From IMG/VR virus record IMGVR_UViG_3300009130_001805, positions 1 through 64,000 of that record: 64,000 bases of DNA, one strand, 5' to 3'. Positions 38,601-47,234 of the stretch are shown here, in pieces. This stretch comes from a virus. The number at the start of each line of letters is the position of its first letter. Within the stretch, counting starts at the first letter, position 1. Below the pieces are notes generated by a model, which worked only from the letters and a program-made list of their open reading frames with translations, was not told the DNA's origin and did no database searches. A program made the position numbers and the translations under genes.

Positions 38601-39434
38601 GGTTGAATCAGACCCAATCCACTCAATGATTCCTAATTCTACTGTACCGTCGATAATAATTTTTTCCTCGAAAACCGCATAAAAACTATTATTCATAGTC
38701 ACGGTGTGAGAAAAGGTTTTATTAGTAGTTATTTGAGTTCCACTCGCATCACTTCCACTCACCCACTTAACAAATCGATGGCTATTCTGTGGTGTCGCTG
38801 TAATAACGGCAGTTTCACCTTGTGTGTAAGTAATATCAGAGGTGCCATTTGATACAGCTGAACCGGAAGCATCTGTTTCCACTGCGCCACCTGCATTACC
38901 TCCGATGGTTATGGTATATTGCGGGGTATCTTGCTCAAAAATTGCCTGAATGATCATGTAATCATCCTCATCTACCCCGATATGAGTAGGAGTTATGTCG
39001 ACGCTATTGCTGGCAGTTGTGACCATTCCTTCGTCTACAGTACGCGTCAATGGATTCTCTGTTACCACCCGACTTAGGGTATAATTTGGATGAACATGCG
39101 TTCGATCCCCGACTTCAAGAAGATAATCTATTATCCCGAGAGAGAAAAGATACCACCCTTTAAATTTATACCCTGCATTCGGCGTTGCCGTAAGTGTTAG
39201 CTGAGTATCATCTTTAATATATTCTCTGAAGTCAAGACCGGACGCCACCTTATTTACAGCGTCATCTGCGCCACCCGGCTGCACTGTCTCACTGAAAGCG
39301 GTACCGTCGACCTTAGTTCCATTGACTTGAACCGAGCCCTGACCTATAGCCTCCCCAAACTCTGCTTTGGCGTGAGGCCTCCATTTCAGTTCGTCAGTCT
39401 CATGATTCGGAATATTTACATGTAGTGTAGCCAT
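35610..39434 (-). CDS. Tail fibre/spike with InlB-B-like repeats and C-terminal intramolecular chaperone (peptidase S74)
   Basis: Repeats LTLTATPNAGYKFKGW, ITATPQNSHRFVKW, LTLTAAPSSGYQFLNW; hexapeptide xxFxxx repeats; TSDRRLKKDI, LGFIAQEVE, YEQIIPVL..AIQEQ. Confidence 0.85.
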   Translation of the reverse strand: MATLHVNIPNHETDELKWRPHAKAEFGEAIGQGSVQVNGTKVDGTAFSETVQPGGADDAVNKVASGLDFREYIKDDTQLTLTATPNAGYKFKGWYLFSLGIIDYLLEVGDRTHVHPNYTLSRVVTENPLTRTVDEGMVTTASNSVDITPTHIGVDEDDYMIIQAIFEQDTPQYTITIGGNAGGAVETDASGSAVSNGTSDITYTQGETAVITATPQNSHRFVKWVSGSDASGTQITTNKTFSHTVTMNNSFYAVFEEKIIIDGTVELGIIEWIGSDSTFTYTDTNPSHPSTFRVGSNSDVEIKDTLRGIGSSGPQSSNSSWGRLSGFGEYDGSSTITYSYSNLPAGYEFLGWFGKDSFSLTTYNNDTNPSQLSRTFNPNNASDVGRWDSGAPSGQDWNVQHYAVIREIPSITYNLQVSASTGGSVSGATSGSYEEGTSLTLTAAPSSGYQFLNWTNTAGVFQSAVNPLAITMNSSKEYTAVFQLSNTTSFSVGETVWHNGVQKQIDSISGSIITFTDGSSAGAAGVSSSPPNNTIFVVGQLVWHNGVHKVIESINGTVITFTDGSVSGHSSVSENEPLPAQGAVSIRNDVGRHIYDLGTKEIPAAHDLFLLSTIESDNSKSARRVKFKDMSKALMSDMGQSKDGISTGGFLTQNYPQLIGGPKTFLSDDFLKIQRTNGTLGNLVNGEVYSIWEYVNAAVSGDDLGNHVATQNLKMGNYFITHSGGTKQGIKLGNDGSVGIGFDGVFNWNPTSEYPFTVKGAKARKGYLVGFAQQSSGENTLRLTGATETTSNNFIDGDIDGSLKFAINYKGGADFKDSLAVQKAITGGGGKFSLSAGGDLTLTGSTTTQALTVKNAATFSSSTSFSAATVFSGTTQFSNTATFNKAATFKESATFTKSTVFNESPVFNKNITLASGATIIDSNGNSAGVNPGQGLERDADGNIKINLGVSPSTSFALDFINNLPNRHCGLEFDDDNGLRLSTKETTAATAHFHAVVCHPTPQSNVNATFGVEGGQVTLKKPGSATSSGDYIIDSYRDTDNGYWTISPSELNSDNGYNAATANAASKELGRDVLRIGHEHSKVLGLYIGEKMLVTNQHMRIADGNGHACLYAGSGKHGSLDTANPPGSSTDGHFVFRTTKDVNDLSKGYTEMAAIKKTGVYALSVKLTSDRRLKKDIKKLNSAELLKKALKLKPSSFKNKIQNEENKTSLGFIAQEVEKIIPEAVSTREEEIETRGLENTLSISYEQIIPVLCGAIQEQQKQIEELKKDIKKLKG
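36700..36876 (-). repeat. Hexapeptide repeat (ATFSSS TSFSAA TVFSGT TQFSNT ATFNKA ATFKES ATFTKS TVFNES PVFNKN)
   Basis: Phe every 6 residues; beta-helix shaft-like. Confidence 0.75.
37741..37950 (-). repeat. 138-bp-period duplication in the fibre (VG..VWHNGV.K.I.SI.G..ITFTDGS x2)
   Basis: cttccatctgtaaatgttataa at 37741 and 37879. Confidence 0.8.
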
Positions 39435-39446
39435 AACTAAATAGAG

Positions 39447-40727
39447 TTACACAAAAAACCTCTCTCCTCTGTCAGAAATAATCCAAGCAGATTCATCCCT
39501 CAAAAATCTCTCTTCATCGTACATATATATACCATTAAATCCATCATCATCCGGCGCAGAGTCAACTTCAAATTGTATAGTCGACATCATATTATCTCCA
39601 ATTCCTACGTTAAAAGACTGTCCCGCAAGGGTCGCCCCTTTATAAATCATACCCAACACTAAACCATGGCGTCCGTCACAATTAGTTTTTCTTTCGTAGC
39701 CCCAAATATCATCATTATTGTAAGGGTTTGTCAAGTTCATCTTAGGGTAATAACATCGAATACCAACATTATATGTTTTATCGTCAGTCAATATCGACTT
39801 AAGAGCACCAACCTCCAGCTCTCTAACCAAGACATCCATATTTAAATTAGACACAATTGGAAATCTAATCTTTCTATCACCAACATAGTTACTGCCAAAC
39901 CTCCTAATAGCCTTCCTATTCATACTTAATGAAACATCTACAGACTGTATTGCGGTTTTCTCAAAAGAGACTAAAGAATTTCCTCCAATTCCTTTTTCAA
40001 AATCTTCATTTAATGACTCGTATATATCAACCCTTATATCTCCCCTTCCAAAAGTTGGAACACTAACGCCATTACTAAAAGGCCTAACAATTTTAGGGTT
40101 TAATGAGGCTCCGGAAAATCTTCCATAAGAAGCGTGATTTGGATCTTCCGTTCTTGGCTTCCCTAAGTAGGAGTTTACTGACGGAAGCTCTGCCCCAGTA
40201 TTAATATTAAATGTCTGAAAGCTCATGTTTGACCCAAGCAAACCAAGCTCAACAGTAGGAAAAGAATCTACGCCCAACCTTAAATTATAAGAATTTAAAT
40301 AACAATTACCGAACCCGATAACATCATCCCCATGATAATTATCTTTAAAATATGCATCCTCACCTTCATTAACGCCAACGACAACAAAATCCATTGAATC
40401 GTCAATTCTATTAATGTTATTCTGGATCATGTCGTTAAACATTCCATACCAACCATTTGGTCCGTTTACGTAAAATCCTAAGTTCTTTTCATTATTTCCA
40501 TCACTTAATAAGTAAGACACCGATAAATTTACATCTGGAGCTTGTAGCACTTGGTTTGCCGCTAACCCAAACTTACCAACCTGTCCAGCCTTAAACCTGT
40601 TTGCCTCAAAATTAAAACCAATAGACTGCACCCTGTCTAGATTCTTAAAGTCTCCAGCGGCATCAGTAAACCCGTGGCCTTTGCCAACCGCAACAGCCAA
40701 ACTTGGGTAGTGAAGTCTATTCCTCAT
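39447..40727 (-). CDS. Tail-tube-fold paralogue
   Basis: MRNRLHY, LDRVQS...QVGKFG...APDVNLSVSYLLSDGNNE..LGF, VIGFGNCYL, IQSVDVSL...IRRFG...FP align with 40808-42907. Confidence 0.7.
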   Translation of the reverse strand: MRNRLHYPSLAVAVGKGHGFTDAAGDFKNLDRVQSIGFNFEANRFKAGQVGKFGLAANQVLQAPDVNLSVSYLLSDGNNEKNLGFYVNGPNGWYGMFNDMIQNNINRIDDSMDFVVVGVNEGEDAYFKDNYHGDDVIGFGNCYLNSYNLRLGVDSFPTVELGLLGSNMSFQTFNINTGAELPSVNSYLGKPRTEDPNHASYGRFSGASLNPKIVRPFSNGVSVPTFGRGDIRVDIYESLNEDFEKGIGGNSLVSFEKTAIQSVDVSLSMNRKAIRRFGSNYVGDRKIRFPIVSNLNMDVLVRELEVGALKSILTDDKTYNVGIRCYYPKMNLTNPYNNDDIWGYERKTNCDGRHGLVLGMIYKGATLAGQSFNVGIGDNMMSTIQFEVDSAPDDDGFNGIYMYDEERFLRDESAWIISDRGERFFV

Positions 40728-40749
40728 TTGTTATCCTTATTCCTTGTCT

Positions 40750-40792
40750 ATAAACAAATACACCACAGCCCGAAGACTGTGGTGTATTTTTT
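40750..40792 (-). terminator. Terminator hairpin with cUUCGg loop after the putative major tail gene
   Basis: Minus strand AAATACACCACAGTC-TTCG-GGCTGTGGTGTATTT-GTTT. Confidence 0.85.
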
Positions 40793-40807
40793 AAAATTTA
40801 CTTTTAA

Positions 40808-42907
40808 TTATAAGTCTACCCAGTTGTCCCCCGAATCAAAGTAACGAGGATTACGCTTAGATCCGCTTCCGAAAATAAACAATCCATTACTCTTATCATT
40901 TGGACCACCAAGTTGAGCATTAAAAGTGAGATCAACAGTCTTATTGTCTCCAATTGAAGAACTGTAGTTTTCACTTTCAAGTCTTGCTCCAGCAATAATG
41001 TAAACCAATTTCTTCGCTGGCCTAGTCTTAGGATCTGGGCAGCGTGGGTCTTTTGGTTCATTAAGAGCAATAGCTAAGTTGCATGTAGGATTAGTATAAA
41101 GTCTTTCAATTAAGTTAGCTTCTTCAAGCTCAGAAAGAATAGCATTAACTGAAACTGACATAGTTACCGGGAAGTCAATTGATCGACCAAACCCAAACTG
41201 GTTACCAAGCCTCTGAATAACACTTCTTCCAATCGGGCAACTAAGCGAAAAGCTTTGAATGTGAGATCCGCCTTCTCCATGGATGTCAGCTAAAAGCGAG
41301 CTTTCATTCCCTGATCCGGGCACATCTCCAAGATATAATTCAATATCTCCGGGACGAAGTGCGGAAATTTCTCCAGCCTCATTGTCTTTTACGGCTGGAG
41401 GAAGTTCAAAGTACTCATCACAGATCATCAATCCATCATTGCCTGCACTTTTTCCTTCTGTATCAACAGCGGGGATACGCAATCCATCTGCAGTTGCGCT
41501 AGCAATAGAATCGCTCTTGATATTAAATCCCTCTACTGTAAGACTTGCTGTTGGTAAACCCCCAACCGCAGCCTCAATAGAATAGTCAGTAATATATCCA
41601 TTCCCTACAGAAATAACGCTCTTATCTGCGTCAGCAGCGTTTGACCCAATAGCATCATCTCCCTCAGGAACCGTAAGTACGAAATAGTTGTTTCCGTCTT
41701 TAGAATCTTCACTTGCGTGCCAACTTAAAGCAGAAGTAGCTCCGGCGAGCGCTGTATTAATATCAGCTGTACCCAACTTTGATCCGGGGAGTGATCCTGC
41801 ATCATTAGTATTAAAACCTAGCAATCTTTCATTTTCTCCGTTTGTTAACAAGTAACTAAAGTCGAGTCCGACTGTTGGAGCTTCAAGAACAAGACTATCA
41901 ATTCGACCAAGCTGACCAAATTGATTAACGTCTGTACGATTGATTGTGAAATTATAGTTTGCAGTTTGAACTCGGCTAAGTTGTGTAACTACCGTTTCTC
42001 CATCTGTGCCAGCCGGTACAACGCCAGTCACAGCTGAAATTTCTAGCTCTTCTTCAACGTCTTCAAGACCCACTGTGCCATCATCAACTTCAAATTGTTT
42101 AAGAAATCTTACGATTTCATCAGTAACACCAGCCGCATGCACCGCGTATCCATTTCCAGCGGTAGAAATATCAACTTCGGTGATGTAACCAACTTCTTCC
42201 GTTACTTCTTCCCAATCCGCAGAAGTTCCGGGCAATTGGTTACTTGGTACTCCAGCGCCAACAAATGTTGGTGACAAAGTTCCTGCCCCCCCGAGGCCAA
42301 GGTTAACTCTTTTCCAAATTTTGCCATTGTATTTAACCAAGGGAATATTACCGGGATCTTTTCCGTAGTCAAATTGACCATCGACATTTCCTGCATATTC
42401 CCATAAAGCTAGCGCGTTTAAATCGGTTGCCGCTCCACCTGTGGCTGCCGAATCAGTACAAGGGGACCAGTCAGCTACTGTAGTAGGATTACTTCCAACA
42501 GCTGCTCCAGCAGCATTAGTCACAACATATAGAGCAAGAGCTCCGCCAGTTTCATAGGTAACTATCTCTCCGACAGTGTAAGCTTTAGTTGCATCATAAA
42601 GATCAGCTCCGCCATAGCAGTCTTGATCTACTTTACTGATTGTAACAACTCCGCCCTGTCCGCCGCTATCAGAAACAGTGGTTACACTTTGTTCTCCAAC
42701 CTTCCATACAGGATAAAAGTTTTCGGAGGTTTGCGCCCGAATTGCACCCTTAGTAGCAGGGATCGTTAATGTTTTAATTCCATCGTTAGCTCCCGGCGTG
42801 CCTTTACTGGATAAGCCTTTGTTGCCTGCGGATTTAAAGTGGAAAGATGTCGAATTTGGGCTTACAAACAAAGCCTCACTCTGATAAATTACTCTATTGC
42901 GTGCCAT
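40808..42907 (-). CDS. Putative major tail tube protein with inserted CBM-like domains
   Basis: Sits after the neck genes and before a strong terminator; two similar tube-fold halves; YDATKAYTVGEIVTYE CBM5/12-like insert. Confidence 0.7.
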   Translation of the reverse strand: MARNRVIYQSEALFVSPNSTSFHFKSAGNKGLSSKGTPGANDGIKTLTIPATKGAIRAQTSENFYPVWKVGEQSVTTVSDSGGQGGVVTISKVDQDCYGGADLYDATKAYTVGEIVTYETGGALALYVVTNAAGAAVGSNPTTVADWSPCTDSAATGGAATDLNALALWEYAGNVDGQFDYGKDPGNIPLVKYNGKIWKRVNLGLGGAGTLSPTFVGAGVPSNQLPGTSADWEEVTEEVGYITEVDISTAGNGYAVHAAGVTDEIVRFLKQFEVDDGTVGLEDVEEELEISAVTGVVPAGTDGETVVTQLSRVQTANYNFTINRTDVNQFGQLGRIDSLVLEAPTVGLDFSYLLTNGENERLLGFNTNDAGSLPGSKLGTADINTALAGATSALSWHASEDSKDGNNYFVLTVPEGDDAIGSNAADADKSVISVGNGYITDYSIEAAVGGLPTASLTVEGFNIKSDSIASATADGLRIPAVDTEGKSAGNDGLMICDEYFELPPAVKDNEAGEISALRPGDIELYLGDVPGSGNESSLLADIHGEGGSHIQSFSLSCPIGRSVIQRLGNQFGFGRSIDFPVTMSVSVNAILSELEEANLIERLYTNPTCNLAIALNEPKDPRCPDPKTRPAKKLVYIIAGARLESENYSSSIGDNKTVDLTFNAQLGGPNDKSNGLFIFGSGSKRNPRYFDSGDNWVDL

Positions 42908-43012
42908 TTTATTTTCTTGATTAGGTTATAAAAGGTTGGATTGTTTGAATTTACAAGAAATATATCTTTATGGGAAAGTTTTTTTTCTTTTTTTTAAATT
43001 TTTTAAAAACTG

Positions 43013-43924
43013 TTAGGCTCGGGGGTATCTAAATTTTGAAACCTCAATATCTATGAAACCTATAAATAAACTGGGACTAATCTTTGTATCCACCTTATCA
43101 CTAAGCTTTGAGACCACTACATTTGATATTACATAGGGGCTCTTAATTTCTTCAAAAGGTAGGTCGCAGTATTTATATATACTATTTGTAGCGACGCCAT
43201 TAATTACACTTTTTACGTCCCCAAACTCATCTACAGGGTGATCGTCATATGATACTTGATAAAATATTTCATCCTTTGAATCATTAAATACGGATAGTGC
43301 GCCGTCTAGTTGGTATAAGTTCTCAGCGAATACCACACATCTAAACATTGTTATTGTATTATTCAGACCCCCAAAAGCCATAGGTTCGTTCCTGCTTCCT
43401 TGATTGGCGATGAAAATTGCTGGAACTACTTGAGTATATGGATCAATTGGCGTAACAACCTCAAAAAACCTGCTATTTGTATCATATTTATCTTCTACAA
43501 CAAGAGATTCTTCAGATTCATCTGTCGCATATATATTAAAATCTTTAACTGCAACTCCTGATATTGAAACATTTCTAGCAGATGTTATATCTTTATTAAA
43601 AATAACCCTACCATTTAAATAATCTATTGACATTTTAGGGTCTACTCCCGCTCCATCATTAGTTGTACTCCTATTCCAAGTCGCTCCATCTACAGTAACT
43701 TCACTAACTATTGTGGCTCCAGCTATATCTGAATCAAAAACCCACTGCTTATAAGGACTAGAATAAGCAATATAAGCAGGATCCAACCTTCCATCATTTA
43801 AGTATTGCAACTGCATAGTTCCACTTGTAGGTAAATTCCTATAAGCCTCTCCTTTTTTAAGAAGAAAATGATCAAACCACAAGGTAAAACTATTTGTAAG
43901 AGTGTGCTGGAACAGTGGTTTCAT
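43013..43924 (-). CDS. Putative tail terminator/neck protein
   Basis: Position just upstream of the tube gene; VPAIFI...N.P.AFGG. Assignment is positional. Confidence 0.45.
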   Translation of the reverse strand: MKPLFQHTLTNSFTLWFDHFLLKKGEAYRNLPTSGTMQLQYLNDGRLDPAYIAYSSPYKQWVFDSDIAGATIVSEVTVDGATWNRSTTNDGAGVDPKMSIDYLNGRVIFNKDITSARNVSISGVAVKDFNIYATDESEESLVVEDKYDTNSRFFEVVTPIDPYTQVVPAIFIANQGSRNEPMAFGGLNNTITMFRCVVFAENLYQLDGALSVFNDSKDEIFYQVSYDDHPVDEFGDVKSVINGVATNSIYKYCDLPFEEIKSPYVISNVVVSKLSDKVDTKISPSLFIGFIDIEVSKFRYPRA

Positions 43925-44520
43925 AAAATTAAGTTTTCTATTTTACTTCTAGCGCTTGCTATGATCGCCGACATATACTGCACAGGCCTGTAGTTCGCTG
44001 TTCTAAGATTATTCTCAGACTGAACGGCGGTTCCAGACCTACTATTTTGAATTGTTTTTTTACTGTATGCGTATTGGCCTAAGCCGGACATCCCTGCTTC
44101 TATCCCTCTCGCCCAACTTCTTCCTGCAGCCCAAGGCATTGGAGTATTCATATATACCTCTTCTATATCAGGCAAGAAAAACTCAAAATATGTCATTCCA
44201 GCTATTGGTGGCGCTAGCCTTACATATGATCTAGTAATTAGTCTCCTGATCGGCTCTACAGGTTTAGTTCCTCCTTCGAACCCTATAAAGCTAAAAAGAT
44301 TTCCCTTTCCTCCAAGCGTTCCACTTATGTTAGCCGATCTTGCCCCGCCTTCTATCTCTCTAGTAACAGGATGGGAATTAAAATCCCTAAGCATTTCTCT
44401 TTTTATTCTTTCAAAAGAAATTCTAACCCTCCTTAAAGCGGAAGGCCCAATAGCTACAGCAACCTGCTTACTTGTAAGCTGGTTAATATTTTTAATAGAA
44501 TTTGCTTTAGCCATAATCAA
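43921..44520 (-). CDS. Putative neck/tail completion protein
   Basis: Basic protein; positional; PW...SWARGIE.G motif. Confidence 0.45.
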   Translation of the reverse strand: MIMAKANSIKNINQLTSKQVAVAIGPSALRRVRISFERIKREMLRDFNSHPVTREIEGGARSANISGTLGGKGNLFSFIGFEGGTKPVEPIRRLITRSYVRLAPPIAGMTYFEFFLPDIEEVYMNTPMPWAAGRSWARGIEAGMSGLGQYAYSKKTIQNSRSGTAVQSENNLRTANYRPVQYMSAIIASARSKIENLIL

Positions 44521-44969
44521 TCTGCCGGCTGAAGATAAAAACTATAAATATGAGGAGAAAAAACTCCATGAGGCCTCTCCTGCCCTGTCATTATAAAAGT
44601 CTTTCCATCAAAAGTTACTCTTTTTGCATCCTTTAAATACTCATACGCGTCTTGTTTCACTTTTATTCTCACGGACCCCACAGGAAGCTCTACTTTTATT
44701 TGTGCATTTGCTTCATCTACATTTTCTTCGTCCTGATATTTGCCGTATAAAATCGTAGCCTTAAACTCCTGAACCACAGGAACATTATCTATACTCTCCT
44801 GCTTTCCTCTTACATTGTTGTACAGCATGTTATAGTTTTCATTTTTTGTGGTTATTAAAACCCTTTGGGCTTCCTTGTAAACGAAAATACTCCTAGAGAA
44901 AGTGTCATGCACGGTTTCAACCGCCGCCTTCATTGCCGCCTTCGCAGCGTCTGATATTAAACTTGCCAT
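44517..44969 (-). CDS. Putative head-tail joining protein
   Basis: About 150 aa, beta-rich, RVTFDGKTF; positional. Confidence 0.45.
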   Translation of the reverse strand: MASLISDAAKAAMKAAVETVHDTFSRSIFVYKEAQRVLITTKNENYNMLYNNVRGKQESIDNVPVVQEFKATILYGKYQDEENVDEANAQIKVELPVGSVRIKVKQDAYEYLKDAKRVTFDGKTFIMTGQERPHGVFSPHIYSFYLQPAD

Positions 44970-45031
44970 AAATTATTTTACACTTAAATTGAATTTTTTC
45001 TCACTGTCTTTATTATTACTTAGGAATAAGG

Positions 45032-45322
45032 ATGCAAGCAAGCGATTTTTTAGCAGATATCTGTAGTAAGAACACTACGACTCTCTTTAAAGGTTTTCTA
45101 CACTTAGTGGAAGATCTTAAAAGCGAGCACGACTCTAATTTTAAAAAACTTAAGGAGGCTTTGCCCGAAGAATATCACAGCTTAATAAATCAAGCAGACT
45201 ATTTTGACGACGCTAAAATGCAACATCTTAGAAAAAGAATTCTAGATGTAGGCAACGAGAGTTTAAGAAATATTTTATACGAAGTTGAGAATTTTACTAT
45301 AACTTTTGATTTTGGAAATTAA
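45032..45322 (+). CDS. Hypothetical protein
   Basis: SD-like AGGAATAAGG before ATG. Confidence 0.6.
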   Translation: MQASDFLADICSKNTTTLFKGFLHLVEDLKSEHDSNFKKLKEALPEEYHSLINQADYFDDAKMQHLRKRILDVGNESLRNILYEVENFTITFDFGN

Positions 45323-45344
45323 TATATTATAAGGAAAAAGGAAA

Positions 45345-46142
45345 ATGGCAGACTCAGATACAAAAAAAGAACAAAAAACGATTTATAGCTTCTTGGTTGA
45401 AAAAGAAGAAGAAGTCGAGCAGACTGAAACCAAGAAGGTCAAAAACGAAGACACTGGTAAGACGGAAGAAGTCAAAGAGACCCGCAAGGTTAAAGAAAGC
45501 GTGCCCTATAGAGTTATCATCCGACAGCCCGGCAGAAGGGAAATGGAAGAAGCGGACATGGAGTACAGCATAGAGATGAGTAAATGCATCAAGAACGGCA
45601 TTCTCACAAAAGCCATGCTTGCTAAACAGTACAGTGATACAGGAGGGTTAATGACAGAAGAGGATGCTAAATTTCTAGACAGAAAATACGGCACCCTTGC
45701 AGATCTTCAAAATAAATTTACCAAACTTAGCGCCAAACAAAAGCGCACAGACGCAGACGAGCAAAAAATTAAAGAAATTACAGAGGAGCTTGCTGCGACA
45801 AGAAAAGTGATTATCGACCTAGAGACAAACTACTCCTCTCTATTTAATCACACCGCAGATTCGAAGGCTCAAAACAAAGCCATCATGTGGTATCTCGTCA
45901 ATCTCACTTCAATCAAAAAGGATGAAGATGAAGACGAAATGTTAGAGCCTTTATTTAAAGGAGAGTCTTTCGAAGAAAAGAAAGATTACTACTATGATCT
46001 TGAAGAGACTGGAGAAGACGAAATTTTTAATCTAGTTAATAATAAACTTACCACCCTTTTAAGTTTCTGGTATTTTAGCACATCAGCAACGAAAGATGAC
46101 TTTGAGCGTTTAGAAAAAGACATCGAAGAAGGTAACGTTTAA
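45345..46142 (+). CDS. Hypothetical protein, possible tail assembly chaperone
   Basis: Acidic and helical; upstream of the tape measure gene; SD AAGGAAAAGG. Confidence 0.5.
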   Translation: MADSDTKKEQKTIYSFLVEKEEEVEQTETKKVKNEDTGKTEEVKETRKVKESVPYRVIIRQPGRREMEEADMEYSIEMSKCIKNGILTKAMLAKQYSDTGGLMTEEDAKFLDRKYGTLADLQNKFTKLSAKQKRTDADEQKIKEITEELAATRKVIIDLETNYSSLFNHTADSKAQNKAIMWYLVNLTSIKKDEDEDEMLEPLFKGESFEEKKDYYYDLEETGEDEIFNLVNNKLTTLLSFWYFSTSATKDDFERLEKDIEEGNV

Positions 46143-46155
46143 ACTCTAAAATCAT

Positions 46156-47181
46156 GTGGCTGAGTCAACTGAGCCAGAGAGCTTCTTTAGGAAGATCTTT
46201 AGAGATATATCTAGAGGCTTTTCTAAAGAAAAGCTAGGTAATGATATTATATACATAAAACATCTTTCCCAAGATGATCAAGTTGAGCTTGATGATATTG
46301 AAGATGAATACCTAAAGGCTGCAAAAAAAAGAGGCCTACCATCCGAGCAGGAAATGCTTGACCTCCTAAAAGAACAGGGTGTCTGGGGTGATAAAGAAGA
46401 GGATGAGATAGCTGCAGACAGATTATTCATACAAACTCTTACTGACGCAAAAAGAACGCTTGTACTAAAGAGTCAAATAGACAAGAAGAATCAACAGATT
46501 GAAGAAGCCTCAAAAGAGCTTGAAAAAAAAGTTCACGATAGATATCAAGTTTTAGGTAATACTGCTGAAAAATATGCAAAAGAAAAATCCAATGACCACT
46601 ATATAATTCGTTCGTTTTTTAGTAATAAGAAATTAGATAAACCAATCTTTACTGAAAAAGACTTTTGGAGTCTAGATGACCGCCACCTACAAAAGGCGGT
46701 AGTTAAATACAACTCATTTTTTTCATCTTTTTCTGAGGATAATATTAGGCATTTATGTCTACAGGATTTTTATTATTCGTATTTCCCTTTTTCTGAATCT
46801 CCGGTAGATTTTTTTGGGCAAGCGATTGTAAATTTAACCTATAATCAATTAAGGCTTATAGTATATACTAAAATTTTCAAAAATATCTTTGAGAGAAATG
46901 ACGCTATACCTTATCAAATAAAAAAAGATCCAGACGCCTTATTAGACTTTGGCAGTATCTCCGAAGAAACCAAAGAAAAAATTAAAGAAAAAATGGATGT
47001 TGATGGTGCTACAAGTTTCGTTGGCGCAACGAAGGAAGACCTTGATTATCTTAACCTTAGGGAGAAAAAAGAAGGTGATAGTGTAAGGACTGTATCACTA
47101 ACAGAAGAGGCCAAAAAGAAAGGTGGAAGCTTAAACATGGAAGACCTAATGCGGATGCAGGGAATGGATGTAGGAGATTAA
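46156..47181 (+). CDS. Hypothetical protein, possible tail assembly chaperone
   Basis: Immediately upstream of the tape measure gene. Confidence 0.5.
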   Translation: MAESTEPESFFRKIFRDISRGFSKEKLGNDIIYIKHLSQDDQVELDDIEDEYLKAAKKRGLPSEQEMLDLLKEQGVWGDKEEDEIAADRLFIQTLTDAKRTLVLKSQIDKKNQQIEEASKELEKKVHDRYQVLGNTAEKYAKEKSNDHYIIRSFFSNKKLDKPIFTEKDFWSLDDRHLQKAVVKYNSFFSSFSEDNIRHLCLQDFYYSYFPFSESPVDFFGQAIVNLTYNQLRLIVYTKIFKNIFERNDAIPYQIKKDPDALLDFGSISEETKEKIKEKMDVDGATSFVGATKEDLDYLNLREKKEGDSVRTVSLTEEAKKKGGSLNMEDLMRMQGMDVGD

Positions 47182-47234
47182 TTTAGTAAAGACGCTTTTT
47201 TCTGTGTAATTCCCCGTTGGAAAAAGGAATTAAA

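Noticed and set aside
35610-39434. Diversity-generating retroelement acting on the fibre
   Set aside because: No reverse transcriptase in the window; the 138-bp repeat is tandem and in-frame, and its differences are not adenine-specific.
42908-43012. tRNA or structured ncRNA in the intergenic gap
   Set aside because: A/T homopolymer tracts only, with no cloverleaf or stable stem; likely promoter and leader.
46131-46158. Programmed frameshift joining the two putative tail chaperones (TTTAAAC heptamer at the first stop)
   Set aside because: The heptamer is out of phase with the first ORF (GTT TAA), and the frame of the second ORF has a TAA at 46147-46149 before its start.
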